The position numbers were made by a program, and so were the translations under genes. Below, one piece after another: positions 1 to 9,163 of a DNA stretch of 64,000 bases. Below the pieces are notes generated by a model, which was given only the letters and a program-made list of their open reading frames with translations, did not search any database and was not told where the DNA came from. Position 1 is the stretch's first letter; each line of letters opens with the position of its first letter. The DNA comes from a virus: IMG/VR virus record IMGVR_UViG_3300009183_000050, positions 1 through 64,000 of that record. One strand, 5' to 3'.

Positions 1-474
1 GTTTGCAGCCCTATCAAAGAAAACAAGCTGTTTGAGACTTTCGTTCCATATCCTAACGGTGAATGGGAATATGGTTGGTGCATAGAGAATTGGGGAACCA
101 AGTGGGATGTAACCGATGGCGACTTCAATCTCGAAGAAGATAACAAGTCTGGTATGGGTTTCTTTGATACTGCATGGTCAGCTCCAATTGGTTTCTATGA
201 GAAACTGACCGAGCAGGGCTTTGATGTTGATGCTACCTATATCGAAACTGGAATGTGCTTTGCCGGTTCATGGTCAAGTGAAGGTGGTGAAGATCATTAT
301 GACTATGACTTCGAAGATGAGAACTGGCGTGAGAACATCTTTAATCCTGATGTTCTAGAGATGCTCGAAGGTGAATACGAAGCTTGGCTCGAATGGCGAC
401 AGGAAGATGAGGAATATGATGACGACACAGACGAAGGAGTTCCTGTCGAAGGAACCACAGAAGGCACTAAGTGA
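1..474 (+). CDS. YubB/DUF1281-like ferredoxin-fold protein (5' truncated by window)
   Basis: Frame 1 is open from position 1; motifs ENWGTKWD and FDTAWSAP. Confidence 0.65.
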   Translation, partial: VCSPIKENKLFETFVPYPNGEWEYGWCIENWGTKWDVTDGDFNLEEDNKSGMGFFDTAWSAPIGFYEKLTEQGFDVDATYIETGMCFAGSWSSEGGEDHYDYDFEDENWRENIFNPDVLEMLEGEYEAWLEWRQEDEEYDDDTDEGVPVEGTTEGTK

Positions 475-652
475 TCTGAAAGATAGGTTGTATGAGCGGC
501 TGGAGTTCTGCCGCTCAATCACCGAATTAGAATATCCAGAGTGGTTGAATATCCATGACTATGCGTCTGGTCATTGGTTGGCTTTCCATAAGGCCGCATC
601 GAGCGATGTTAAGTGGCTTGAAGAAACTATCGATATGATAGAGAGGAGTTAA
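416..652 (+). CDS. hypothetical protein
   Basis: ORF 371..652, likely ATG at 416 after GAGGAAT; abuts next gene. Confidence 0.5.
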   Translation: MMTTQTKEFLSKEPQKALSDLKDRLYERLEFCRSITELEYPEWLNIHDYASGHWLAFHKAASSDVKWLEETIDMIERS

Positions 653-871
653 ATGATGGATGAAATCACCAAACTCAAACGAGAGAACAGGCGTTTGCAG
701 ATTTATCGTAAGTTAGCCCATGAGTTATGCGGTTACCGGCTGCGCGATGTTGAATATTACGTCATGGTGGTAAAGCAGGTTGTCGATTGGTATGAAGAAT
801 TATCTGATGAAGATATGGAAATCAAACTGAGAGATGATGTTCGTCTCACCAAAAAATCGACATGGTACTAA
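653..871 (+). CDS. hypothetical protein
   Basis: ORF with GAGGAG SD. Confidence 0.6.
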   Translation: MMDEITKLKRENRRLQIYRKLAHELCGYRLRDVEYYVMVVKQVVDWYEELSDEDMEIKLRDDVRLTKKSTWY

Positions 872-876
872 AATAG

Positions 877-904
877 TTGCCAAATCCTGTAAATGTGATA
901 GAAT
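877..904 (+). promoter_or_regulatory. sigma70-type promoter TTGCCA-N16-TAGAAT, probably giving a leaderless transcript of 911
   Basis: -10 box ends 6 nt before ATG 911; no SD. Confidence 0.55.
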
Positions 905-910
905 AGTTAG

Positions 911-1291
911 ATGTTGATTTACACACGGCAAAGTTCAGGTCGCAAAAAGCGGTCGAAGTCTAAACGCTTCCTACAGGCTCAGGTCGAGCACCAGAAGTTC
1001 CTTGAGTCTGTAGGCTTTTTTGGTAAACGCAAGAACGTAGATCGGTCATATAACATGCCTGATCTATCCGTAGAGAGTCGAGGTGCATCCACCTCTGACA
1101 ATCTTCATTTTGATGGTGGCTATAAGCGGTCGGTCGATGACTACAAGTGGAAACGTGATCGATCTGAGACTGTCGCTACAGCTAAAGAGATTGAACGTAA
1201 GAAAACAAAGACTGCACCTTTGTGGAATAAAGGTGGAATAATGTATATCACTGACAATGAAGATCCAACAACACTGGGGCGTAAGATATGA
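911..1291 (+). CDS. basic hypothetical phage protein
   Basis: 126-aa ORF with ATGA-type overlap onto the next gene. Confidence 0.65.
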   Translation: MLIYTRQSSGRKKRSKSKRFLQAQVEHQKFLESVGFFGKRKNVDRSYNMPDLSVESRGASTSDNLHFDGGYKRSVDDYKWKRDRSETVATAKEIERKKTKTAPLWNKGGIMYITDNEDPTTLGRKI

Positions 1292-1956
1292 AGCTTGGTA
1301 TTTTCTCTGATCTGCATCTGCATACGACGAATCCATATGAGTTTGAACCTGAAGATGGTGTGTTCTATATCAATGCAGGTGATGTGTCAGATAATATACA
1401 TATTCGACAAGCGTTCACGGAGAAGCATCAAAAATATATGTTCTCTGTGATGGGTAACCATGATTATTATCATGATACATTTCCAGAACATCCAGTTGAT
1501 TATATGAGTATGCGTCAAGTCGGTGATATCAAGATTGCAGGTGCGACTCTTTGGACTGATGTATCTAATCCTAGTGATTGGCTTGTCTATAAGAATGGTT
1601 TGATCGACACTACATATATCGATGGTATCACACCAGAGAATATGCAGGAGGCTCATGTAATGCATCGAGACTTCTTGTTTAACAGTGGTGCTGATATCAT
1701 TGTGAGTCACCACTGCCCCTCGGTGTTGTCTGTGGCCGGTCATTATAAAGATGATCCTTTGAATCCCGCATTTCACACCGACTACACAGATATGATACTA
1801 AATATGTCTAGTCCACCTAAGCTGTGGATTCACGGTCACACTCATGATGAATTTGACTATATGATCGGTAGCACTCGTGTTATCTGCCACCCTCGTGGTT
1901 ATCGTCATGAAAAACCGTGGTACATGGAATACAAACCTAAGATTGTGGAAATTTAA
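1288..1956 (+). CDS. calcineurin-like metallophosphoesterase
   Basis: SDLH, AGD, GNHD, SHH and HGHTH motifs. Confidence 0.9.
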   Translation: MKLGIFSDLHLHTTNPYEFEPEDGVFYINAGDVSDNIHIRQAFTEKHQKYMFSVMGNHDYYHDTFPEHPVDYMSMRQVGDIKIAGATLWTDVSNPSDWLVYKNGLIDTTYIDGITPENMQEAHVMHRDFLFNSGADIIVSHHCPSVLSVAGHYKDDPLNPAFHTDYTDMILNMSSPPKLWIHGHTHDEFDYMIGSTRVICHPRGYRHEKPWYMEYKPKIVEI

Positions 1957-2421
1957 ATGCAAATATTCTTAGACTGTGATGGTGTTCTAGCAGACTTCAA
2001 GAAAGGTGCTACCAAAGTTCTTGGTATGGATCCTACGAAGTATGAAGAAAAACATGGCAAGAAAGAGTTCTGGAAGCAAATCTATGCCGCACCAGATTTC
2101 TATTACAACCTCGAACCAATGTCTGATGCACACGACTTGGTGAACGCGGTTAAGCACCTGAAGCCAACCATTCTTACAGGTCGACCGGTTGGTGCATGGT
2201 CGACTCAGCAAAAGATGAACTGGGGTAAGAAGTATTTTCCTGACCTGCCAATGATTGTTTGTCTCGCCAAAGATAAGAATACATATGGTAAGGCTGGTGA
2301 TATACTGATCGATGATACTGTGAAGTATGAACACCTCTGGGCTCAGATGGGTGGTATCTGGATTACTCACACTTCAGCCAGAAACACAATAGCAAAATTA
2401 AAAAAGATGAAGGTGATTTGA
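1957..2421 (+). CDS. HAD-superfamily 5'(3')-deoxyribonucleotidase-like protein
   Basis: FLDCDGVLADF, LTGRP and ILIDD motifs. Confidence 0.85.
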   Translation: MQIFLDCDGVLADFKKGATKVLGMDPTKYEEKHGKKEFWKQIYAAPDFYYNLEPMSDAHDLVNAVKHLKPTILTGRPVGAWSTQQKMNWGKKYFPDLPMIVCLAKDKNTYGKAGDILIDDTVKYEHLWAQMGGIWITHTSARNTIAKLKKMKVI

Positions 2422-2672
2422 TGTATACGATCTACACTAAAGAAAACTGTGACTGGTGTATCAAAGTTAAAGCTTTGATGAAAAGCCTCAGCATCCCATA
2501 TAAAGAATTGAAGCTGGATGAGGACTATAACAAAGAAGAGTTACAGGCTCGTCTACCCTTAAGTCTACCCTTAACGGTACCTCAAGTTTTCAAGTTTGGT
2601 AGCCGCATTGGTGGTTATGAAGACCTAGCCGCATACTTTGAGATGCATGGCGTTATGGGCGCACAGCAATAA
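2418..2672 (+). CDS. nrdC: glutaredoxin
   Basis: CDWC, TVPQ, IGGYEDL. Confidence 0.9.
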   Translation: MMYTIYTKENCDWCIKVKALMKSLSIPYKELKLDEDYNKEELQARLPLSLPLTVPQVFKFGSRIGGYEDLAAYFEMHGVMGAQQ

Positions 2673-2687
2673 GTTTCTTATAGGTGG

Positions 2688-2716
2688 TTGCAGGTTACAC
2701 CTAGATGTTGTATACT
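2688..2716 (+). promoter_or_regulatory. sigma70-type promoter TTGCAG-N17-TATACT
   Basis: Intergenic, 17-nt spacing. Confidence 0.55.
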
Positions 2717-2748
2717 AACCTGTATTTTTATTATAAAGGTGATACACA

Positions 2749-3003
2749 ATGATGGATCGTTATAAACTGAAAGAAACCCTTGAGAGTGGTGTGGCTACTG
2801 TGACCTTCGAAAAGGTCGATGGTACTCTCCGCGAGATGCGTTGCACTCTTCAGTCTGATATGTTACCAAAGCAACTCTTGCGTGAAGAAGGTGATGCCTC
2901 TCAGCGCACAACTCCTGATACTGTTCTGGCTGTCTGGGACCTTGATCAAGGCGGTTGGCGGTCGTTCCGCGTTGACTCCGTTAAGAATGTGGTACTTGGA
3001 TGA
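2749..3003 (+). CDS. SH3 beta-barrel (WYL_2/DUF2693-like) phage protein
   Basis: VTFEKVDGTLREMRCTL ... WDLDQGGWRSFR signature. Confidence 0.8.
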   Translation: MMDRYKLKETLESGVATVTFEKVDGTLREMRCTLQSDMLPKQLLREEGDASQRTTPDTVLAVWDLDQGGWRSFRVDSVKNVVLG

Positions 3004-3287
3004 GTGCTGATAATGGAGTCTATGTTTTACAGACTTACGGTCCTGAGTTCCGAGTGGCCTATGCCCTCGGAATTGATAACATCTACGGAAAGTTTAATGA
3101 TGACACTCTACATTGGGATCCTAATGAAGAGATGATTCACGCCTTCTTCGATGAATCTGTTGTTTTTACGAATGTGGATATGGCACTTGACTTTGCTGAA
3201 GAACTCAGTTATAATTATGATTATCTTGAATACGGAATATGTTTGATTTCCGATTTCTCCGATTTGAAGTTCAACAAGGAAGAGTAA
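3000..3287 (+). CDS. hypothetical protein
   Basis: ORF with ATGA coupling. Confidence 0.65.
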   Translation: MSADNGVYVLQTYGPEFRVAYALGIDNIYGKFNDDTLHWDPNEEMIHAFFDESVVFTNVDMALDFAEELSYNYDYLEYGICLISDFSDLKFNKEE

Positions 3288-3288
3288 A

Positions 3289-4398
3289 GTGGCTAAAGCG
3301 GTTCAGAAGTCTCGTGGTAAGTTTCTTGATGAGAAATATCTTGGTTCAGAACCCGTTCTGATCGAAGGTTGCACACAGTTAGATTTGGCTAATGCCTATA
3401 ACTGGTATAACTATTTCTATAATTCCGAAGATGCCAAAGACTTCGCTCTTGCATATCTGAAGCAAATCAAATTCAATAAAGATAAGTTGAAGCGCCTTTC
3501 ACAGAATGAAAATTGGCACTTCAATTCTATTGGTTGGAGTTGCCGCATTCTTTCAAACAAAGGTCAGTTGCCTGACGGTGTTGAAACCGTCATGTTGCAA
3601 AAGGTTGATAAACTGTGTTCGAACAAGACTGAACAGGTTGATGATACACAAGTCGAACCGGTCAAGAACGTTGTATCGATTCAAGATCGTATTGCAAACA
3701 AAGCGGCCGACCTGATCGGCGATATCGAAGCTGAACTCGATAAGTTTCTGATCAACACCAAAGATACCTTCGAAGTTAAGAAGTGGTTCATTGCCAAGGG
3801 TATCAAACCACAAGTAGCCTCTAAGATTGCAGACTATTACAGGCCTCTATATGCTGAGGTGTTCGATGCTATGCAAGGTAAAGATGCACAACTGAAAGAA
3901 GCATATTCTCTCTGGAAAAAACCTGCTCTCAAGACATATCTCGAAACACTGAAAGAGATCATTGCACAGGCTGATTTCCAAGCTGAGATTGCCAAGGCTA
4001 CACGCAAGCCTCGTAAGAAGAAAGAAGTGCCTGCTTCGAAGGCTGTCGAGAAGTTACAATATCTCACTGCATTTGCCGAGATGGCTCTCACCAGCATCAA
4101 ACCTGTCGAGATCATTAAGAGTGAACAGCTATGGGTCTATAATGTGAAAACAAAAACGGTCACCGTCTATAATGCGATGGGGCCTGCTGGTCTAGGTGTT
4201 AAGGGGTCAACACTGATTGGTTTTGATGAAAAGACCTCTATTAGCAAACGTCTGCGTAAACCTTCGACACAGGTCAAACAGTTGATTGATGCTGGTAAGG
4301 TCAATCTCCGTAAATATATGGATTCTCTCACAACCACACCTAAACAAGCGACCGGCCGCATAAATAAGGATACGGTACTTGTAAGGGTGATTAAATGA
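3289..4398 (+). CDS. conserved T4-like myophage hypothetical protein (usually upstream of rnh)
   Basis: 369-aa ORF, C-terminal LGVKGSTLIGFD...GRINKDTVL; synteny. Confidence 0.75.
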   Translation: MAKAVQKSRGKFLDEKYLGSEPVLIEGCTQLDLANAYNWYNYFYNSEDAKDFALAYLKQIKFNKDKLKRLSQNENWHFNSIGWSCRILSNKGQLPDGVETVMLQKVDKLCSNKTEQVDDTQVEPVKNVVSIQDRIANKAADLIGDIEAELDKFLINTKDTFEVKKWFIAKGIKPQVASKIADYYRPLYAEVFDAMQGKDAQLKEAYSLWKKPALKTYLETLKEIIAQADFQAEIAKATRKPRKKKEVPASKAVEKLQYLTAFAEMALTSIKPVEIIKSEQLWVYNVKTKTVTVYNAMGPAGLGVKGSTLIGFDEKTSISKRLRKPSTQVKQLIDAGKVNLRKYMDSLTTTPKQATGRINKDTVLVRVIK

Positions 4399-4742
4399 AA
4401 AACATAGTCGAGTTTCCGAAGAATAAGATATTCCGTGATGCGCCTGTGAACATAGAACTTATAGAAAAAGCCAAAGAAAAAGCACTTGCCAGTTTTGCAG
4501 ATTCGGTCGTTGAAACGATGATCGATAATCTACTCGAAGGCCTCGATAACTTCGGCCTCGATACTCAAGAAGAAACATTCATCAAAGATTTCAGTCTGAC
4601 CGTTGATGCAATCCGTGCAACCGTATATCGTTCATTGGGTATTCCACACCAACTACATGAGTTCATCGATGATAACGTCAAGTTGATCAATCGTATAACA
4701 GGTGAGATAATAGACTCTGATGAGGTTGACAGTAAAGATTAA
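4395..4742 (+). CDS. hypothetical protein
   Basis: ORF beginning NIVEFP. Confidence 0.7.
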   Translation: MKNIVEFPKNKIFRDAPVNIELIEKAKEKALASFADSVVETMIDNLLEGLDNFGLDTQEETFIKDFSLTVDAIRATVYRSLGIPHQLHEFIDDNVKLINRITGEIIDSDEVDSKD

Positions 4743-4754
4743 TTGCTATATAAT
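4726..4754 (+). promoter_or_regulatory. consensus sigma70 promoter TTGACA-N17-TATAAT for rnh
   Basis: Perfect consensus hexamers with 17-nt spacer. Confidence 0.85.
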
Positions 4755-4777
4755 AAGTATAGCATGAAGGAAACATT

Positions 4778-5632
4778 ATGACAATCTTGATCGATCTAAA
4801 TCAGGTACTTATATCTAACCTGATGCAACAGATTAACTCAAATCCAAAAGTGAAGTTAGATGAGAATCTGATCCGACATATGGTTCTGAATAGCTTGCGT
4901 TCATACTCTAGACAGTTTCGATCCAAGTATGGTGAGATTGTTGTAGCCTGTGATAGCAAGAAGTATTGGCGCCGTGACGTATTTCCATTCTATAAAGCTC
5001 ATCGCAAGAAAGATCGTGAGAAGTCTGAGTTTGACTGGCACTTGATCTTCGAAACTCTCAATAAGATTCGTGATGAACTGAAAGAGAACTTTCCATATCG
5101 TGTTATCGAAGTGGAAGGTGCTGAGGCCGATGATGTGATCGGTGTGTTGACGGCTCGTCTTGCACCACATCAAGAAATTCTCATTCTGTCCTCAGATAAG
5201 GACTTTGTTCAGCTTCAGAAATATCCTAACGTCTCGCAATACAGCCCGATACTCAAGCGGTTTGTAAAGACTGAAGATCCACAGCAATACATCCGTGAGC
5301 ATATCATTCGCGGTGATCGTGGTGATGGCATTCCAAACTTCCTGTCACCTGATAATACCTTTGTGGCTGGTGAGCGACAGAAGGTTATCAGCAAGAAGAA
5401 GTTGACTGAATGGATTGATGCCGATCCAAAAGAGTTCTGCACTACGGATATTATGATGCGTGGCTATAGGCGTAACCAGATGTTGGTAGATTTAGACTAT
5501 ATACCAGAAGAGATCAAGATACAAATCGCGGTCTTGTATGATAGCATCAAACCAGCTAACAAGCAAAAGATGCTAACATACTTCATTGAAAACAGGTTGA
5601 AAAACCTAATCGAGGTAATAGATGAGTTTTAA
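4778..5632 (+). CDS. rnh: T4-type RNase H (5'-3' exonuclease)
   Basis: ILIDLNQ, YWRRDVFPFYKAHRKK, EADDVI, SSDKDF, GDRGDGIPN. Confidence 0.95.
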   Translation: MTILIDLNQVLISNLMQQINSNPKVKLDENLIRHMVLNSLRSYSRQFRSKYGEIVVACDSKKYWRRDVFPFYKAHRKKDREKSEFDWHLIFETLNKIRDELKENFPYRVIEVEGAEADDVIGVLTARLAPHQEILILSSDKDFVQLQKYPNVSQYSPILKRFVKTEDPQQYIREHIIRGDRGDGIPNFLSPDNTFVAGERQKVISKKKLTEWIDADPKEFCTTDIMMRGYRRNQMLVDLDYIPEEIKIQIAVLYDSIKPANKQKMLTYFIENRLKNLIEVIDEF

Positions 5633-5634
5633 TC

Positions 5635-6069
5635 ATGTCAACTAAAAATTTATATGAAATCTTCGAAGAGTTTGAAAAAGCTGAGAGTGATTATGATAAG
5701 TTATGTGTCCTGCGATTCAACGAAAGCTGGGCACTGAAGAACGTCCTTCGAGGTGCCTTCGATCCAAACGTTCGATTTGTGATTGAACGTGTTCCATATT
5801 ACAAACCTTCCGATGCACCTATCGGGCTAAGTTACACTTCGATCACTCAAGAACTAGGTCGGGCATATCTCTTCGAGGATGGTAATCCGAGAGTAGAACC
5901 AACCTTAACATATGATAGAAAAGAAAAGCTTCTCATTCAGATTCTCGAATCATTAGAAAAGCGTGAGGCTGAAGTCTTTATGAACATGTTATTGAAAGAC
6001 CTGAGAGTGAAGAACTTGGATTATCGTATCGTAACAGAAGCTTTTCCAGATTTAATTCCTCTGCAATAG
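5635..6069 (+). CDS. conserved T4-like hypothetical protein (DUF6433-like)
   Basis: KEKLLIQILESL..EA motif; position after rnh. Confidence 0.7.
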   Translation: MSTKNLYEIFEEFEKAESDYDKLCVLRFNESWALKNVLRGAFDPNVRFVIERVPYYKPSDAPIGLSYTSITQELGRAYLFEDGNPRVEPTLTYDRKEKLLIQILESLEKREAEVFMNMLLKDLRVKNLDYRIVTEAFPDLIPLQ

Positions 6070-6078
6070 GGTCAATAA

Positions 6079-6282
6079 ATGAAACCGGTAAAGGTGAATC
6101 CTCGTGAAGAAGATGACATTGAAGTCGATGACATTTTGGGTAACCGTCATGAGAGGTCGAGAAAAAAGAAAATACATCTCGTACCTGACGAACGTAGACG
6201 GCCCGTTAAAAACTGGACGAAAGTTTGGACGGATCATAGCACCGATTACGACGAAGTAGACGATTTCTTTCAAAAAGCCTAG
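6079..6282 (+). CDS. hypothetical protein
   Basis: 67-aa ORF. Confidence 0.6.
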   Translation: MKPVKVNPREEDDIEVDDILGNRHERSRKKKIHLVPDERRRPVKNWTKVWTDHSTDYDEVDDFFQKA

Positions 6283-6321
6283 TCATGCATTCCGTGCATG
6301 GTTGATATGCGAAAATAATAC

Positions 6322-6350
6322 TTGACCTCCGTTCCTAACCGTGCTATATT
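6322..6350 (+). promoter_or_regulatory. early sigma70 promoter TTGACC-N17-TATATT with A-rich UP element
   Basis: Intergenic; extended TG; GGAG SD downstream. Confidence 0.8.
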
Positions 6351-6381
6351 TACAGCATAAGTTGAGAACGGAGATTTTGTT

Positions 6382-7002
6382 ATGAGCATCACTAAGACAA
6401 CCCACAGCTACCAAGGTAGCGAATCAGTTTCGACCGCCGTCACCTCTGCGGTTGGTACCACCCTCAAGGTCTACTATGACTATGTTCAGGTCATGTCCGA
6501 TGAATGGGCTTCTACCCTACATGCCAAGTATTGGGACGGCGAGTTCGTCAAGACTGAAATTTGGGTTGATTCCGCCACTGTGGATGCGACTCCAGAGGTT
6601 CTGGCCGCTGTAGAGAACTTCTATTACAAACATGCGGTCGAGGCTTTGGTCGAGCAAGCCAAAGCGGAAGCACTGGCCATCAAGACTGAATCCGTTGTGA
6701 AGGTCGTTGCTGGCCGCGACAACAAAGGCGTGTCTGGTAAGGTCGTGGTTCAGATTGAACGCCCGTATGGCATGGGTTACCGCTCGGTGCTAGCCACCAA
6801 GCTTGGGATTGCTACCAGTGAAGATAAGCATAATGTGGTTGCCAAGAATGGCAAAACCTACAGTAACTATAAGGACGTGGTATGGGCATGGGCGCGGAAC
6901 GTAGTTCTGGTGTCTCCTCCTGAGCCCGACCTTTCTGGAGTTGAGGAGATAGCCCGTGACAAGGCGAAACGGTCACTTAAAGAAGTCTATAAAGCGGCGT
7001 GA
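6382..7002 (+). CDS. hypothetical early protein
   Basis: 206-aa ORF with GGAG SD. Confidence 0.75.
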   Translation: MSITKTTHSYQGSESVSTAVTSAVGTTLKVYYDYVQVMSDEWASTLHAKYWDGEFVKTEIWVDSATVDATPEVLAAVENFYYKHAVEALVEQAKAEALAIKTESVVKVVAGRDNKGVSGKVVVQIERPYGMGYRSVLATKLGIATSEDKHNVVAKNGKTYSNYKDVVWAWARNVVLVSPPEPDLSGVEEIARDKAKRSLKEVYKAA

Positions 7003-7114
7003 CATGCTAGCCAAGGCGCTCTCCAATGGCGCCTTCCACCAACGGATTGTGAAGTCTAAGAAGCTTTACAAACGCAAGCACCACAATAGTGGCATTCCTG
7101 CAACATTAGACTAA
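6956..7114 (+). CDS. small basic ArfA-like protein, 52 aa (not in ORF track)
   Basis: GAGGAG-N7-GTG start (alternative ATG 7004); MTRRNGHLKKSIKRRDMLAKALSNGAFHQRIVKSKKLYKRKHHNSGIPATLD. Confidence 0.6.
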   Translation: MTRRNGHLKKSIKRRDMLAKALSNGAFHQRIVKSKKLYKRKHHNSGIPATLD

Positions 7115-7142
7115 GGTCTAATCTGAATTATGCCGATTTTGG

Positions 7143-7170
7143 TTGCAATCTTCCGTGGTTAGTGTATATT
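7143..7170 (+). promoter_or_regulatory. early promoter TTGCAA-N16-TATATT
   Basis: Intergenic; GAGGAG SD downstream. Confidence 0.65.
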
Positions 7171-7204
7171 GTTCCTGTAAGTTAGTGATGAGGAGACATT
7201 CGAT

Positions 7205-7612
7205 ATGGCATTCATGAATCAAGAAAAGAAAGCGGCCCTTGCGCCTGCTATCAAAGCGGCCCTTAAAAAGTATGGTATTAAGGGTTCTCTCGCGGTTGAC
7301 AACTATTCGACTCTGGTGTTGAACATCAAGTCTGGTCCCATCGATTTCATTCAGAACTATAATGAGACCGTTGGTCAGCAACCTGGTGGTTTTCGTAACG
7401 GTAGCCCTGCTGCCAGTTGCATTCAGGTGAACCGTTACTGGTTCCGTGAACACTTCAGTGACAAGGCTAAGAACTTCTTGACCGAGGTCATTGAAGCCAT
7501 GATGAAAGGCAACCACAACAACAGTGATGCCAGTATCGACTATTTTGATGTTGGTTGGTATATCGATGTTAACATTGGTAAGTGGTCGAAACCATATATT
7601 TTGGAGCGTTGA
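7205..7612 (+). CDS. hypothetical early protein (LPD29-like)
   Basis: C-terminal NNSDASIDYFDVGWY motif; strong SD. Confidence 0.7.
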   Translation: MAFMNQEKKAALAPAIKAALKKYGIKGSLAVDNYSTLVLNIKSGPIDFIQNYNETVGQQPGGFRNGSPAASCIQVNRYWFREHFSDKAKNFLTEVIEAMMKGNHNNSDASIDYFDVGWYIDVNIGKWSKPYILER

Positions 7613-7613
7613 T

Positions 7614-7787
7614 ATGAGTAAGATGAAAGACTATCTGTTGGATATCCAGGAGTTGGTGATCAAAGCGATGTTGTCTGGTGCTAAGACCGACAATGATCTT
7701 TTTGCCTTCGTTCAGATGTATATTCCTGAAGCTACTGAAGGCACCGTCAAATATGCCACACAACAAATCTTCAAAGAAAACGCTTGA
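7614..7787 (+). CDS. hypothetical protein
   Basis: MSKMKDYLLDIQE; GGAG SD. Confidence 0.65.
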   Translation: MSKMKDYLLDIQELVIKAMLSGAKTDNDLFAFVQMYIPEATEGTVKYATQQIFKENA

Positions 7788-7811
7788 CTTCTCCACGGAA
7801 TGATATATAAT
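7784..7811 (+). promoter_or_regulatory. sigma70 promoter TTGACT-N16-TATAAT
   Basis: Near-consensus hexamers. Confidence 0.75.
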
Positions 7812-7851
7812 ATCCGTATAGTCAATGATACACACACAAAGGAAAATACAC

Positions 7852-8322
7852 ATGCCAATAGTCAAATCTTCGAACGGCGTTCGCCCTGAGTTCCGCGCTC
7901 TTGCGGCCATCAAACTTAATACACCAGTGACTCCAACCGAGATCAATGATTTTGTTGGAACTGGTGATTATGCCGCAAAATATATCTCCTTTCTTCGCCG
8001 TGATGGTTTCGTGTTCGATACCACCAAGGTCGAGCGTAAGATTGTGTCTTACACCTTGATCGCCGAGCCAGCCAATGCTGAGTATTTCCGCAATTTGCAA
8101 CCTAAGAGCAAGCCTGTCAAACAGGCCGTTGCCAAGGTTGGTCGGGTTCAGCCTTCGAAGCCTGTGACTGGTAAAGTTATTCGGTCTAAGCCTGTGTTCG
8201 ATATTGGGCGAGATGAAGTGTCCAAGACTTTTGGTTCGACCGGTGAGATCGCCTCGGCTTACTCGATTGATTCCGATTGGGACTCGATGGATAATGTTGA
8301 TGTTCGTGACTTCTTGCGTTGA
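7852..8322 (+). CDS. hypothetical protein (possible winged-helix N-terminus)
   Basis: AAGGA SD before ATG 7852. Confidence 0.7.
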   Translation: MPIVKSSNGVRPEFRALAAIKLNTPVTPTEINDFVGTGDYAAKYISFLRRDGFVFDTTKVERKIVSYTLIAEPANAEYFRNLQPKSKPVKQAVAKVGRVQPSKPVTGKVIRSKPVFDIGRDEVSKTFGSTGEIASAYSIDSDWDSMDNVDVRDFLR

Positions 8323-8327
8323 GGTGA

Positions 8328-8531
8328 ATGATGATCGAAAATGATGCTATTCAAGACTATATCCCCTATATCCCATATAGAGATAAGAAATTTACGGATC
8401 TTCAAGAGCAAAATAAAAAACTAATCACCATGAACGCCGCTTTGATACATAGTTTAGAAATAAGAATCCGTGAAATGATCGTATTAGTGGAGCAGATGAA
8501 GGTACAACTACAGGTGGAGTTAGGTGAATGA
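8328..8531 (+). CDS. hypothetical coiled-coil protein
   Basis: GAGGTG SD. Confidence 0.6.
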   Translation: MMIENDAIQDYIPYIPYRDKKFTDLQEQNKKLITMNAALIHSLEIRIREMIVLVEQMKVQLQVELGE

Positions 8532-8857
8532 GCTACTACCAACCTGACTGCTGGGTCGTGCTGAAATTGCCAGAGTGCTACAAGGTCCTCGCTGGGTGGT
8601 CAGGTGGGTATCTAGACGGCAGTGCATGGCGCTTGAACAGCGGCATCACTAGTGTCGAGAAGAATATTGACTGGAAAGACGATAAGCACTTTGTGTTCTA
8701 TGGGCATACAGGATCACAATACTGGTGCCGCCCCGAGACTTATGGGTTCAACGCCACGGCATTCGGCATCTATAACTCGCTGTGTGAGCAGGCACCGGGT
8801 ATGGTCGAGTTGATGAAGTCTGATACTGATTGGATGAACATGGAGTGGAAGATATGA
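8528..8857 (+). CDS. conserved phage hypothetical protein
   Basis: YKVLAGWSGGYLDGSAWRLNSGI motif common in myophages. Confidence 0.75.
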   Translation: MSYYQPDCWVVLKLPECYKVLAGWSGGYLDGSAWRLNSGITSVEKNIDWKDDKHFVFYGHTGSQYWCRPETYGFNATAFGIYNSLCEQAPGMVELMKSDTDWMNMEWKI

Positions 8858-9162
8858 GTCAAGAAGATGATGACGTTGACGTATTAGAATACCTTGAGGA
8901 TGCATACTCGTTCTTGCAGGATCCTGCTATTGGTAAGGCTATCGACGAGATCAAGAAACTTCGCAAGGTTCGCAATGATCAGGCTAACATCCTTCGTCGC
9001 CTGACACCAGACAAGTTCCCTGATACATACTTCGTTCATTCAGGTCTAGGTGAGAAAGATAAGAATGGCATGCCTGAAAAATTGCTGGTATGCCCTGCAT
9101 ATGGAGTTGACTTCTCATACATATATGAGTATACTGGTAAAACAACTACAACGGAGTGGTGA
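8854..9162 (+). CDS. hypothetical protein
   Basis: ATGA overlap with previous gene. Confidence 0.6.
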   Translation: MSQEDDDVDVLEYLEDAYSFLQDPAIGKAIDEIKKLRKVRNDQANILRRLTPDKFPDTYFVHSGLGEKDKNGMPEKLLVCPAYGVDFSYIYEYTGKTTTTEW

Positions 9163-9163
9163 T

